Positions 54,185-64,000 of a DNA stretch of 64,000 nucleotides are shown one piece after another (within the stretch, counting starts at the first letter, position 1; every line of letters begins with the position of its first letter). The position numbers and the translations under genes were made by a program. The stretch is from Desulfomicrobium sp. (GTDB lineage: Bacteria > Desulfobacterota > Desulfovibrionia > Desulfovibrionales > Desulfomicrobiaceae), in assembly GCA_050252955.1 (NCBI GenBank), contig JBFWJY010000002.1, positions 66,680 to 130,679 of the forward strand, written 5' to 3'. The notes below the pieces were generated by a model that saw only the letters and a program-made list of their open reading frames with translations, was not told the origin of the DNA and made no database searches.

Positions 54185-55947
54185 TGTTCGCCAGCCCCGC
54201 CATCCTGCCCCGCCTCGTTGCCAGCACCTTCTTCACCGAGGCCGACCTCTACCAGGCCCGCTTTGCCGCCTCCCTGGCCCGGCCGGGACACGCCGATCTC
54301 GCGGCAGGTCTGACGGCGCTGGTCTCCCTGGCCGTGCGCGAGGGGCACGTCTGCCTGCGCCTCGGCGACGAAGACGTGCGCGGGCGCCTGGCCACCCTAG
54401 GCCTGGACGGTCTGGAAGGCTGCCTGGACACGGGGATGATCGGCGCGCCCGACTCCGACCTGCCGCTCATCCTTGACGGAGAGCGGCTGTACTTCGCCCG
54501 CTTCTTCCGCGACGAGGCGGCCCTGGCCCGCGCCTTCCTGAGCCTGGCCGCGGCGCCGCCCCGGGACATTCCGGCGGAACTGCTGCCCGACATTTTCAGG
54601 TCCAGCGGAAGTGAAACCGACTGGCAGGACGTGGCCTGCTTCGCGGCCCTGCGCAGCCGCTTCTGCGTCATCTCGGGCGGACCCGGCACAGGCAAGACCA
54701 CGACCGTGGCCCGCATCCTGGCCCTTGCGGTCCGCATGCACGCCGGCACGCCCTTCCGCATCCGCCTGGCCGCGCCCACGGGCAAGGCAGCTTCGCGCAT
54801 GTCCGAAGCCCTGGCCGCGACCTTTCCGGGAGGAAGCCTGCCCCCGGAGCTCGACGCATGTCTGACGCAGGGCGCCCAGACCGTGCACCGCCTGCTCGGC
54901 TGGGGCGCCGGAGGCTTCCGCCACCACCAAGGCAACCCCCTGCCGCTCGACATGCTTGTGGTGGACGAAGCGTCCATGCTGGATCTCGAACTGTCGGCCC
55001 GCCTGCTGGATGCGCTGCCCGAACACGCCTCCCTGGTGCTGCTGGGCGACCGCAACCAGCTCGCCTCGGTGGAGGCAGGGGCGGTGCTTGGCAACCTCTG
55101 CCGCGAGGACGCCGTCAACGCCTTCTCGACGGCCTTCGCGGCCGACGCCGCCAGGGCAGGGGCAAGCCTGCCCGAGGCATCACGCGTCTCGGCCCTGACA
55201 GACCATGTCGTCGAATTGAAGAAGAGCTGGCGATTCGGCGCGGACAGCGGCATCGCCGCCCTGGCCGCGTGTATCGTGGCCGGAGAGGCCGGGAAGGCGG
55301 CGGAACTGCTTTCGCAGCCCCATGATGACCTGGAAATGAAGGAGTGTTCCGGGAAAACGGCCCTGACTGCGGAACTCGGTCCGCTTGTTCGGGCGGCGTT
55401 CAGGGGGCTGGGCACGGAAACGGACCCCGCGCACGCCTTCGAGACGTTCGGAACCCTGCGTCTGCTGTCACCGGTTCGCCAAGGCCCGCGCGGCACCGAG
55501 GCCCTGAACCGCCTGGCCCGCGAGGCCCTCGGAGCGCCGACGGGAGATGGCTGGTATCAGGGTCGCCCGGTCATGATCCTGGAGAACGACTACAGCTTGG
55601 GGCTCTTCAACGGTGACACGGGCATCGCCCTGCCCGTCGGCGACTCCCTGCGTGTCTTCTTCCCGAAGGAGAACGGGTTCGCCACCTTCGCCCCCCCCCG
55701 CCTGCCCCGGCACGAGACCTGCTACGCCATGACCGTGCACAAGAGCCAGGGCTCGGAGTTCGGACACACCGTACTTGTCTTGCCCGAAGAACCCTGTCAG
55801 ATACAGGGCCGGGAACTCCTCTACACGGCCCTGACGCGGACGAAAAAGCAATTTACCCTGATGGGAACGCCGCAACAGATCAAAGAAGCAGTGGAAAACC
55901 CGACCCGCCGGGATTCGGGCTTGGGCGAAATGCTGGCAGACGCGTGA
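54184..55947 (+). CDS. recD: Exodeoxyribonuclease V alpha subunit RecD
   Basis: SF1 helicase motifs ISGGPGTGKTT, MLVVDEASML and AMTVHKSQGSEF. The ATG overlaps the recB stop by 1 nt. Confidence 0.9.
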   Translation: MFASPAILPRLVASTFFTEADLYQARFAASLARPGHADLAAGLTALVSLAVREGHVCLRLGDEDVRGRLATLGLDGLEGCLDTGMIGAPDSDLPLILDGERLYFARFFRDEAALARAFLSLAAAPPRDIPAELLPDIFRSSGSETDWQDVACFAALRSRFCVISGGPGTGKTTTVARILALAVRMHAGTPFRIRLAAPTGKAASRMSEALAATFPGGSLPPELDACLTQGAQTVHRLLGWGAGGFRHHQGNPLPLDMLVVDEASMLDLELSARLLDALPEHASLVLLGDRNQLASVEAGAVLGNLCREDAVNAFSTAFAADAARAGASLPEASRVSALTDHVVELKKSWRFGADSGIAALAACIVAGEAGKAAELLSQPHDDLEMKECSGKTALTAELGPLVRAAFRGLGTETDPAHAFETFGTLRLLSPVRQGPRGTEALNRLAREALGAPTGDGWYQGRPVMILENDYSLGLFNGDTGIALPVGDSLRVFFPKENGFATFAPPRLPRHETCYAMTVHKSQGSEFGHTVLVLPEEPCQIQGRELLYTALTRTKKQFTLMGTPQQIKEAVENPTRRDSGLGEMLADA

Positions 55948-55958
55948 AGCCGCCCGCA

Positions 55959-55978
55959 GTCCTCACGCAAAAGAGGAC
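55959..55978 (+). terminator. Hairpin after recD
   Basis: GTCCTC-acgcaaaa-GAGGAC, 12 nt after the stop. No T-run. Confidence 0.3.
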
Positions 55979-56227
55979 ATGAGACAAACGAACGTATTGA
56001 CTTCGCAGGCAATAAGAAAAACAATGTTTGCAAGAAAATTGGGCTGACGGTCACGAGTTCTTTCTACTGGATAATGCTCTCTTTGCGATGAAGAATCTTC
56101 ATTGACCCATACGCTTACGCCAGTCCAACCATTCATATTCATTACTTTTTTGATGCTTTCCGAGAAAGCTATGCCGGCCCCACAGAAAATATCTAAATTA
56201 TCTAATTTTATTAAAAAAGGATACATA

Positions 56228-57226
56228 ATGTTTAATGAAAAGAGCATTCTTATAACTGGAGGTACGGGATCTTTTGGAAATTCTTTTGTTCCTATGACTC
56301 TGAGCAAATTTAATCCCAAAAAAATTATAGTATTTTCACGCGACGAGATGAAGCAATGGGAGATGGCAAAGAAATTTCATGGCGATTCAAGAGTTCGATT
56401 TTTCATTGGAGACATTCGTGATAAAGAAAGATTGCAAAGGGCTCTGGATGGAGTTGATTTTGTAGTTCACGCAGCAGCGACAAAGATAGTTCCAACAGCT
56501 GAGTACAATCCATTCGAATGTGTAAAAACAAACATTAATGGCGCCATGAACCTTATCGATGCCTGTATCGACAAAGGTGTCAAGCGGGTAGTCGCTCTTT
56601 CAACGGATAAAGCCAGCAGCCCCGTAAACCTGTATGGAGCGACCAAGCTCGCTTCAGACAAACTTTTTGTGGCTGGAAATTCCTACTCTGGTGGGCATGG
56701 AACTCGTTTTGCAGTGGTACGCTACGGCAATGTCATGGGGTCACGCGGCTCGGTCATTCCCTTCTTTCTCTCCATCAAAGACAAGGGAGTTTTGCCAATA
56801 ACCGATGAACGCATGACACGATTCATGATTTCGTTGGAACAAGGTGTCGAACTGGTCTGGCATGCTTTCGAGGACATGGAGGGTGGCGAAATATACGTCA
56901 AAAAGATTCCATCCATGAAGGTCACCGATCTCGCCCTAGCCGTTGCTCCCGAGGCCAAGCTTGAGTTCGTAGGCATCCGACCGGGTGAAAAGCTGCACGA
57001 GCAGATGATCGGTGAGGACGACTCATACTACACGTACGACTACTCAGAACATTACAAGATTCTTCCCGCCATCAACAATTGGTCGAACTGCAGCAAACGG
57101 ATCAAGGACGGCAAAAAAGTCCCAGAAGGTTTCAGCTACACCAGCAACAACAATTCCGAATGGATGACTCCTTCTGAATTAAAATCGTGGATCGAAGCCA
57201 ACCACAACATAATTGGAAAGATCTAA
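56228..57226 (+). CDS. pseB: UDP-N-acetylglucosamine 4,6-dehydratase (inverting), PseB
   Basis: MFNEKSILITGGTGSFG...YGATKLASDK (SDR Y-x3-K). ATG at 56228 is preceded by AAGGA. First gene of the AT-rich island. Confidence 0.85.
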   Translation: MFNEKSILITGGTGSFGNSFVPMTLSKFNPKKIIVFSRDEMKQWEMAKKFHGDSRVRFFIGDIRDKERLQRALDGVDFVVHAAATKIVPTAEYNPFECVKTNINGAMNLIDACIDKGVKRVVALSTDKASSPVNLYGATKLASDKLFVAGNSYSGGHGTRFAVVRYGNVMGSRGSVIPFFLSIKDKGVLPITDERMTRFMISLEQGVELVWHAFEDMEGGEIYVKKIPSMKVTDLALAVAPEAKLEFVGIRPGEKLHEQMIGEDDSYYTYDYSEHYKILPAINNWSNCSKRIKDGKKVPEGFSYTSNNNSEWMTPSELKSWIEANHNIIGKI

Positions 57227-57228
57227 TC

Positions 57229-58389
57229 ATGATTCCCTACGGTCGCCAACAAATCTGCCAAGCTGATATTGACGCGGTAGTTACCGTCCTACGTTCGGAT
57301 TTCCTTACGCAAGGTCCAGTGGTTCCATGTTTCGAGCAGGCAGTCGCAGGCCATGTCGGAGCCGGGCACGGAGTTGCGGTAAACAGCGCTACCTCGGCTC
57401 TACACATCGCCTGTCTGGCACTGGGGCTGGGACCTGGGGAGTGGCTTTGGACAAGCCCAATCACCTTTGTGGCTTCGGCAAACTGCGGGTTATACTGTGG
57501 AGCTAAAGTCGACTTTGTTGACATTGATCCGCGTACGTACAATCTGTGTCCTAACGCCTTGGCGAAAAAACTCGAACATGCGGAGCGTGAGGGTCGCCTG
57601 CCCAAGATCGTGGTCCCGGTCCATCTTTGCGGCCAACCCAGCGACATGGCGGCCATCCATAACTTAGGAAAACGTTACGGATTCAGAATCATTGAGGACG
57701 CATCTCATGCGATTGGCGGTAAATATAGAGGAGAATTCATCGGCAACTGCCGGTATAGTGACATTACAATTTTCAGTTTCCATCCCGTCAAAATCATCAC
57801 AACCGCCGAAGGCGGCATGGCGACAACCAATGATCCTGATTTGGCTGAACGGATGTCCCTCCTGCGGAGTCATGGCATCACCCGCGATCCAAGCGTGATG
57901 ATACATGAACCCGACGGCCCCTGGTATTACCAGCAGATCGATCTCGGATACAATTACCGCATGACCGAACTGCAGGCCGCCCTAGGCGTCAGCCAGATGA
58001 AAAGGCTTGACGAATTCGTCTCGCGTCGCCACTCGCTGGCGCGGCGCTATGACAAAATGCTGGCCGATTATCCTGTGATTACGCCTTGGCAGCATCCCGA
58101 CTCGTATTCTGGCCTTCACCTGTACGTAATCCGTCTGAACCCGAACCAGACTGACAGGCCTCGGTTCAAGGTCTTCGAAAGCCTGCGCAGGCAAGGTATC
58201 GGCGTGAATGTACATTACATCCCTGTTCACACTCAGCCCTACTACCGCAAGTTGGGCTTCAAGCCTGGAGATTTTCCGCAGGCGGAGAACTATTATGCCG
58301 AGGCCATCAGTTTACCCATGTTCCACGCCATGACAGATACTCAGCAAGACTCTGTCGTGGAGGCCCTTGGCAAGGCGGTGAGAGAATGA
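57229..58389 (+). CDS. pseC: UDP-4-amino-4,6-dideoxy-N-acetyl-beta-L-altrosamine transaminase, PseC
   Basis: DegT/DnrJ/EryC1-family motifs (IPYGRQ...DASHA...SFHPVKIITTAEGG). Lies after pseB. Confidence 0.85.
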   Translation: MIPYGRQQICQADIDAVVTVLRSDFLTQGPVVPCFEQAVAGHVGAGHGVAVNSATSALHIACLALGLGPGEWLWTSPITFVASANCGLYCGAKVDFVDIDPRTYNLCPNALAKKLEHAEREGRLPKIVVPVHLCGQPSDMAAIHNLGKRYGFRIIEDASHAIGGKYRGEFIGNCRYSDITIFSFHPVKIITTAEGGMATTNDPDLAERMSLLRSHGITRDPSVMIHEPDGPWYYQQIDLGYNYRMTELQAALGVSQMKRLDEFVSRRHSLARRYDKMLADYPVITPWQHPDSYSGLHLYVIRLNPNQTDRPRFKVFESLRRQGIGVNVHYIPVHTQPYYRKLGFKPGDFPQAENYYAEAISLPMFHAMTDTQQDSVVEALGKAVRE

Positions 58390-59090
58390 AATTAGCTGTG
58401 ATTCCGGCAAGAGGAGGTAGCAAGCGCATTCCTCGCAAGAACATCAAGACATTCTGCGGCAGACCCATGATTGCCTGGACAATCGAGGCGACACGGCAGA
58501 GCGACTGCTTCGACAGGATCATCGTCTCAACCGACGATCTCGAAATTGCAGAAATTGCTAGGCAATATGGTGCGGAAACCCCGTTTATCCGTCCTGCAGA
58601 GCTTTCCGATGATCACACAGGAACAATCACTGTCGTGGCGCACACGGTAGACTGGTGTCTGAGGAACGGCCCAGAGAAACCGGATGAAGTGTGTTGCGTG
58701 TATGCCACTGCCCCATTCATTCGACCAGAAGATTTGCGTCAAGGGTGCGAAGCACTGCTTCGCCATGGTTGCGACTATGTATTTTCTGCAACCAGTTTCC
58801 CGTTTACGATTCAGAGAGCAATCCGAATCAAAAAAAACGGTCGGGTCGAGATGTTTCATCCAGAGCACTTCAATACCCGCTCACAGGACCTGGAAGAAGC
58901 TTATCACGATGCGGGCCAATTTTATTGGGGCCGAGCGCAGGCGTGGCTTGAAAGAAGACCAATATTCAATTCCGACGCAGTCCCGATCCTCCTCCCACGC
59001 CACCGGGTCCAGGACATCGACACCATCGAAGACTGGTTGCGAGCGGAATTAATGTTCAGGGCCCTGACTCAGATTGAGAAAAAGACATGA
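58386..59090 (+). CDS. pseF: Pseudaminic acid cytidylyltransferase, PseF
   Basis: N-terminal AVIPARGGSKRIPRKNI, typical of CMP-sugar synthetases. ATGA-coupled to pseC. Confidence 0.8.
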   Translation: MKLAVIPARGGSKRIPRKNIKTFCGRPMIAWTIEATRQSDCFDRIIVSTDDLEIAEIARQYGAETPFIRPAELSDDHTGTITVVAHTVDWCLRNGPEKPDEVCCVYATAPFIRPEDLRQGCEALLRHGCDYVFSATSFPFTIQRAIRIKKNGRVEMFHPEHFNTRSQDLEEAYHDAGQFYWGRAQAWLERRPIFNSDAVPILLPRHRVQDIDTIEDWLRAELMFRALTQIEKKT

Positions 59091-60655
59091 CCCCAAAGAT
59101 TATCGTATTTCGCGTCGATGCCTCACTGGAAATAGGTACAGGCCATGTCATGCGATGCCTGACTCTGGCCAGCGCCTTGCGCGATCAAGGTTGCGATTGC
59201 CACTTCATATGCAGGGAGCATCCCGGCAACCTGAGCAACCTGATCAGCGAACGCGGGTTCAAGGTATACAGACTCCCCGTGGACAATATGCCGGCGGAAT
59301 TCAGCCCAAGCCCCGATTCGTCAGAATATGCTCCATGGCTTGGGTCAGATTGGCGAACAGACGCGACTCAGGTTCGTTCAACCATATGCGATCTGACCGT
59401 TGAATGGCTAGTTGTCGATCATTATGCCATTGGTTTTCGCTGGGAAAAAGAATTGCGACCGTTTTGCGGCAAGTTGATGGTCATAGACGACCTGGCTGAC
59501 CGCGAGCATGATTGCGACCTGCTGCTGGATCAGAATCTGGTCGAAGGCTGGCAGGAACGCTATCGCGGAAAAGTGCCCACCAATTGCGGCTTGATGCTCG
59601 GTCCCGAATATGCCCTCTTGCAACCCTTGTACTCTGAACTGCACGACAGGACCCCCCCCCGGGAAGGCCTTGTTCGTAGGATAATGGTGTACTTTGGAGG
59701 AGCGGATGCCGACAACCTGACGGGGATAACCATCTCTGCCTTTACGTCACTCCAGACCGAAGACATCGCAATGGATGTCGTCATCAACCCATCAAGCCCG
59801 CATGCCACATCCGTCCGGCACCAAGCAAAAAAAGACCGGCGAATCATTTTGCACGAAAATCTCCCGAGCCTCGCCCCGTTGATGGTTAAAGCCGACCTCG
59901 CTATTGGTGCTGCGGGAGCCACATCCTGGGAGCGATGTTGTCTCGGCTTGCCTAGCCTGGTGATCACGATGGCTAAAAACCAGGAACCCATTGCCAAACA
60001 GTCAGACAAGACTGGATTAGTCCATTGGATTGGGCAGAAGAATAACGTTGATATGCCCAAATTGGCCCAAGCACTCCAGAGGGTGATCAAAACAGGGCTA
60101 TCAAGCGAATGGTCGCAACGCTGCGCCTCCCTTGTCGATGGACAGGGGATAAAGCGAGTTACAGCCTTAACGCTTCTAAACGCGCAGACACATTTAAGGG
60201 CAAGGCTTGCCCGCCTTAAAGATGAGTCCAAGATTTTACAATGGGCCAATGACCCGCTTGTCCGGCTGAATGCGTTTCAACCGCAATCAATTGACCCAGC
60301 CACCCACCGCAAATGGTTCTATGGTCGATTGCGTGATATCGACAACTGTCAACTCTATATTGTTGAAACAGAGAACGGGATACCCATTGGTCAAGTTCGC
60401 TTTGAAAAAAAAGTAGACATGTGGGAGCTTAGCTATGCATTAGATTCTTGCGCCAGAAGTCGAGGGTTGGGAAAACGATTACTTCAAACCGGTATTTCAG
60501 CTTTTCGAGCAAGCATAAAACGAGCAAAAATTATGGCTAGAGTAAAAAAAGGAAATATACGCTCCTGCAAGGTGCTAAGCGATATTAATTTCCAGCTCGA
60601 AAACATAACTGACGGTATAATAACGTATAGCATAGAAATTGTGCAGCAATTCTAA
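59087..60655 (+). CDS. pseG: PseG (UDP-2,4-diacetamido-2,4,6-trideoxy-beta-L-altropyranose hydrolase) fused to PseH-like GNAT acetyltransferase
   Basis: N-terminal FRVDASLEIGTGHVMRCLTLA (PseG signature). The C-terminal ~170 aa are GNAT-like (IGQVRFE...RSRGLGKRLL). Confidence 0.75.
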   Translation: MTPKIIVFRVDASLEIGTGHVMRCLTLASALRDQGCDCHFICREHPGNLSNLISERGFKVYRLPVDNMPAEFSPSPDSSEYAPWLGSDWRTDATQVRSTICDLTVEWLVVDHYAIGFRWEKELRPFCGKLMVIDDLADREHDCDLLLDQNLVEGWQERYRGKVPTNCGLMLGPEYALLQPLYSELHDRTPPREGLVRRIMVYFGGADADNLTGITISAFTSLQTEDIAMDVVINPSSPHATSVRHQAKKDRRIILHENLPSLAPLMVKADLAIGAAGATSWERCCLGLPSLVITMAKNQEPIAKQSDKTGLVHWIGQKNNVDMPKLAQALQRVIKTGLSSEWSQRCASLVDGQGIKRVTALTLLNAQTHLRARLARLKDESKILQWANDPLVRLNAFQPQSIDPATHRKWFYGRLRDIDNCQLYIVETENGIPIGQVRFEKKVDMWELSYALDSCARSRGLGKRLLQTGISAFRASIKRAKIMARVKKGNIRSCKVLSDINFQLENITDGIITYSIEIVQQF

Positions 60656-60731
60656 CACAACAACTTATACAAAACTTTACACATAAAATAATTGAAATAA
60701 ACAAATTTTTCAACAATAAGGTTTTTAAAAA

Positions 60732-61778
60732 ATGACTATTTACATTGATAATCGTCCCATTGGGCCTGATCATCCGCCATATATAATTGCAGAGCTTTCA
60801 GCCAATCACAACGGTTCATTAGAAAAAGCACTCAAAACCATTGAAATTGCACACCAGTGCGGTGCGAATGCTATCAAGTTACAATCTTACACACCGGACA
60901 CACTGACCATCGATTGCGATGCCCCAGACTTCGTCATCAAGGGTGGACTGTGGGATGGCTTCAAGCTTTATGATCTCTACAAGTGGGCGCAAACCCCTTA
61001 TGAATGGCACAAGCCGATGTTCGACCATGCCCGGAAAATCGGCATAACCATTTTTTCAACTCCTTTCGACGAAACCGCAGTGGACCTATTGGAAGATCTT
61101 GGCTCCCCGGCTTACAAAATAGCATCCTTTGAAATCGTAGATATCCCACTCATCCGTTATGCGGCCAGTACCGGCAAGCCCTTGATCATGTCGACAGGCA
61201 TGACGAGCGAGGAAGAAGTCGAAGAAGCGGTTAACGCCGCGCAGGAAGCAGGTTGCGAGAATATAATCTTGCTTCATTGCGTCAGCAGTTATCCGGCAAC
61301 AATGGCACAGGCAAATTTGCGTCAAATTCCAGAGTTGTCCAAAAGATTTCACGTTATCAGCGGATTATCCGATCATACTCTTGGAACAACCGCATCGATT
61401 ACATCTATAGCCCTTGGGGCATGCGTTATTGAAAAACATTTCACACTCAGTAGAAATGAAAAAGGGCCAGATAGTGAATTTTCTATAGAACCAAAAGAAC
61501 TAGAAAAGCTTTGCATAGAAACAAAAAACGCATGGATTTCTCTAGGAAAAAAGGGATATGAAAGAAGCGAAGAAGAACAAAAATCAAAAATTTTCCGTCG
61601 TTCGATTTATTTCACAAGAGATATCCCAGCAGGAACAAAAATTACAAAGGAAGACATTCGACGCATTCGACCTGGAATGGGCCTTGCACCAAAATATTTT
61701 GACATAATTATTGGAAATAAAACAAAAGTCGACATCAAAAAAGGAACAGCAACATCATGGGACAAAATTATCACTTAA
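60732..61778 (+). CDS. pseI: Pseudaminic acid synthase, PseI
   Basis: NeuB-family motifs (YIIAELSANHNGSLE...AIKLQ...SDHT) and a C-terminal SAF-like domain. Confidence 0.85.
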   Translation: MTIYIDNRPIGPDHPPYIIAELSANHNGSLEKALKTIEIAHQCGANAIKLQSYTPDTLTIDCDAPDFVIKGGLWDGFKLYDLYKWAQTPYEWHKPMFDHARKIGITIFSTPFDETAVDLLEDLGSPAYKIASFEIVDIPLIRYAASTGKPLIMSTGMTSEEEVEEAVNAAQEAGCENIILLHCVSSYPATMAQANLRQIPELSKRFHVISGLSDHTLGTTASITSIALGACVIEKHFTLSRNEKGPDSEFSIEPKELEKLCIETKNAWISLGKKGYERSEEEQKSKIFRRSIYFTRDIPAGTKITKEDIRRIRPGMGLAPKYFDIIIGNKTKVDIKKGTATSWDKIIT

Positions 61779-61824
61779 AAGCACAAGCATGTTCCTAGAT
61801 CGCTGTTGCCCAAATCTCTCTTAA

Positions 61825-63162
61825 CTATTTTCGAATACGGAAACAGTCATAGTAAGCAACATCTACATCCAAATTTTTAAAATTACTATTATAAAAACCG
61901 TAGCCTCGAACAATGTCTGTAAACTTCTCAAGTGAGCACGGAACCCATTTTGAATTAAGCCTTGTTTCACGTCTTTTATATTTCTTAAAAAGGGCGAACC
62001 GAATAACGCGCCAAATATGATTGACATACCCTACACATCTCAAAATACTTGACACAAAAATATTACGTTTTGCCTTTTTTCTAGAAAGTTCAACCAATCC
62101 ATCTATAATTATTTCAATTGATTTTTTCCCAGATATAGAAAATATGTATTTCTTCAAAATGCTTTTCCATTCTTCTTTTTTACTTAAAGTAATATAATCA
62201 TAAGGTCTTTCTACAAATCTGCAAAGACTATCCATGTCGTACACATTATAAGAAACAGAATTAGGCAATACTACATCACACTCTTCAGACAAAATTGGTC
62301 TATAACAGACACATGGCACATCCAGCAATAACGCTTCGATAGCAGTTGAGCAGCCATTATGTATTAACAAATCGCTTGCAAGAATCCATGGATGCACATT
62401 TCCTTCACGGACAACTTTCACATTTTCTAAATTATGCAAAGCCGTTTGCCATCGTTCTATGCTTTCTGAAGGATGGGGCCGGAGGATTATCTTGCGGCTC
62501 GGATACCGGCGACTCAACAATTCCGTCATTTTCAGAAATTCATCCCACAGCGCCTCCTCAAAATCATAGAAGTTAAGCAAGTAATCGACTTTTTCCCCAA
62601 GTTCACCACGCAATATCCTTTTCTTGAATTCTTCCCCGCCAATCACGTTATTTGAAAAGCCGTAGCGGGTATTAACAAGAATAAAATCGCCATATTCCTT
62701 TTTTATTTCTTGAACTTTAGAATCAAAAACACGGCGTAGGTCTGCACCAAGAATATCCATCCTTGGATTCCCTGCCTCAATAACTGAACCAGCATAGCCA
62801 GGCATTGCTTTGTAGATTACCTGTCGATGCATTCCACCCCACGCAAAAATCATATCCACAGTTTCAGCAACTCCCTCCCCCACTCCAAACTTACAATACT
62901 GATCAAAGTCGCCAGCAAGACCCTCTTCATCGCTTACAGCTATTAAATAGCCCATTTTTTTTAGCTGTTTAAACAAGACAGGATACTCTGAATGAAGACT
63001 CTTATCCAAAAAGATACCTGGCTCTGAAAACCTACATAACCGTCGAACCATATCTTCAAGACCGATAACGACGTCAAAACCTGCTTCCGCTGCACAGCAC
63101 GCCAGCAAAGTCTTTGCATCCAGTTCACGTGATGTCGTTTCAACTGTTATATAAAGTTTCAT
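61825..63162 (-). CDS. Surface-carbohydrate biosynthesis protein (TIGR04396-like), function unproven
   Basis: 445 aa, very AT-rich, convergent with pseI. The family resemblance is from memory only. Confidence 0.6.
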   Translation of the reverse strand: MKLYITVETTSRELDAKTLLACCAAEAGFDVVIGLEDMVRRLCRFSEPGIFLDKSLHSEYPVLFKQLKKMGYLIAVSDEEGLAGDFDQYCKFGVGEGVAETVDMIFAWGGMHRQVIYKAMPGYAGSVIEAGNPRMDILGADLRRVFDSKVQEIKKEYGDFILVNTRYGFSNNVIGGEEFKKRILRGELGEKVDYLLNFYDFEEALWDEFLKMTELLSRRYPSRKIILRPHPSESIERWQTALHNLENVKVVREGNVHPWILASDLLIHNGCSTAIEALLLDVPCVCYRPILSEECDVVLPNSVSYNVYDMDSLCRFVERPYDYITLSKKEEWKSILKKYIFSISGKKSIEIIIDGLVELSRKKAKRNIFVSSILRCVGYVNHIWRVIRFALFKKYKRRETRLNSKWVPCSLEKFTDIVRGYGFYNSNFKNLDVDVAYYDCFRIRK

Positions 63163-63324
63163 TAAAATCCTCGAATCTTAGATGTTGAGTCAGACTGAAC
63201 TTTGCAAGACCGGGCAGCATCATTTTCCGCAAATCCGGCGGCAACCGTCTGCCCGATATTCCAACCCAAGCCTTGCCAAATACCTAAATACGACTGTATC
63301 TATACCAAAACGGAGCACAGTATT

Positions 63325-64000
63325 ATGACCATCCGAAAAATCTGGAAAAACCTGATCTGGTGGCAAAAATCCCTAGCCATAACAACCTGCTGCGTGGCCC
63401 TTTATGCCGCCTTCGGGTTTCTTCTTCTGCCGCGCATTGCAGGCTACGTGCTGGTCGAAAAAGTTTCTCCGGCCTTGAGCCGTCAGATCAGCGTCGGGGA
63501 GATCCGGATCAATCCCTTTGCCATGACCGCCGATGTCTCGGATTTCGCCATCAGCGAGCCTGACGGCAGCGGCGAGTTTGTCGCCTTTGACAGGCTCCAC
63601 GCCAATCTCGAACTCTCCTCCATCCCACGGCTGGCCCTGGTCGTTCGAGAGGCCCGGGTGGACGGTCCGCGCATTCATATCCGGCTAGACGCGGACGGGC
63701 AAACCAATTTTTCCGACCTGACCGCAGCACCGGGGGAGCCGAAGCCCGACAAACCGGGCGAGCCCATGCTTTTGCCGCTTATCGTCGAGCCCTTCACCGT
63801 CGGCAACGGCACTCTGACCTTCGAGGACCAAGCAAAGGGCGTCAGTCATGTCGTGGACCAGATCCAGTTCAACCTGCCCCGGTTCTCCTCGCGCAAGAAG
63901 GACTGGGAAACCTTCATGACGCCGACCTTGTCCTTTCGGGTCAACGGCGCGCCATTCAATCTCGAAGGGCAGACCATCCCCTTTTCCGATTCCCTCAAGA
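63325..64000 (+). CDS. DUF748/AsmA-like membrane protein (5' part; runs off the window)
   Basis: ATG at 63325. N-terminal TM (LAITTCCVALYAAFGFLLL), then ISVGEIRINPFAMTADVSDFAI...LELSSIPRLALVVREARVDGPRIHI. The frame stays open to nt 64000. Not in the ORF track because it has no stop. Confidence 0.7.
   Translation, partial: MTIRKIWKNLIWWQKSLAITTCCVALYAAFGFLLLPRIAGYVLVEKVSPALSRQISVGEIRINPFAMTADVSDFAISEPDGSGEFVAFDRLHANLELSSIPRLALVVREARVDGPRIHIRLDADGQTNFSDLTAAPGEPKPDKPGEPMLLPLIVEPFTVGNGTLTFEDQAKGVSHVVDQIQFNLPRFSSRKKDWETFMTPTLSFRVNGAPFNLEGQTIPFSDSLK

Overview
High-GC bacterial chromosome window. Gene content (hgcAB, many redox and sulfur genes) looks like a Desulfovibrio-type sulfate reducer, but I cannot verify this without a database search. 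Left flank (1-4480): ftsY, a DUF1499 lipoprotein, an RluA-family pseudouridine synthase, a REC/HD-GYP response regulator and tRNA-Pro(CGG). From about 4485 to 39990 lies an apparently complete Mu-like transposable prophage of about 35.5 kb. Nearly all its genes are on the minus strand and are tightly coupled by ATGA-type overlaps. Its order is: CI-type repressor (plus strand), early regulators, DDE transposase A, AAA+ B, a block of small early genes, GemA, Mor/C, lysis cassette, DUF3486/TerL/portal/MuF, capsid module, sheath/tube/chaperone/tape measure, Mu gp44-48-like baseplate, and fibre. It is bounded by inverted terminal repeats with a TG...CA outline. Right flank: an ISL3 transposase remnant, a rhodanese plus MauE/DoxX pair, and a PabB-PabC fusion. 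Next comes a rhodanese/ferritin-like gene divergent from an ArsR-family regulator and the mercury-methylation pair hgcA-hgcB. These are followed by an HD hydrolase, recC-recB-recD, an AT-rich pseudaminic-acid island (pseB-C-F-G/H-I plus one orphan gene) and the 5' part of a DUF748 gene. Five observations stand out. (1) An AT-rich orphan membrane protein is co-oriented with the repressor at the extreme prophage end. (2) The MuF head protein carries an extra C-terminal module and is translationally coupled to a small ORF, in the slot where Pseudomonas Mu-like phages carry anti-CRISPRs. (3) The heptamer CGTAAAC/GTTTACG occurs 28 times in the prophage, built from atypical synonymous codons, and is nearly absent from the host flanks. 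(4) A perfect palindromic operator candidate sits in the arsR-hgcAB divergent region, and a Cys-rich uORF is separated from hgcA by one in-frame TGA. (5) The tail chaperone has a T-TTT-TTC -1 frameshift site. Many long ORFs in the six-frame track are antisense or alternate-frame artefacts of high GC and were not called.
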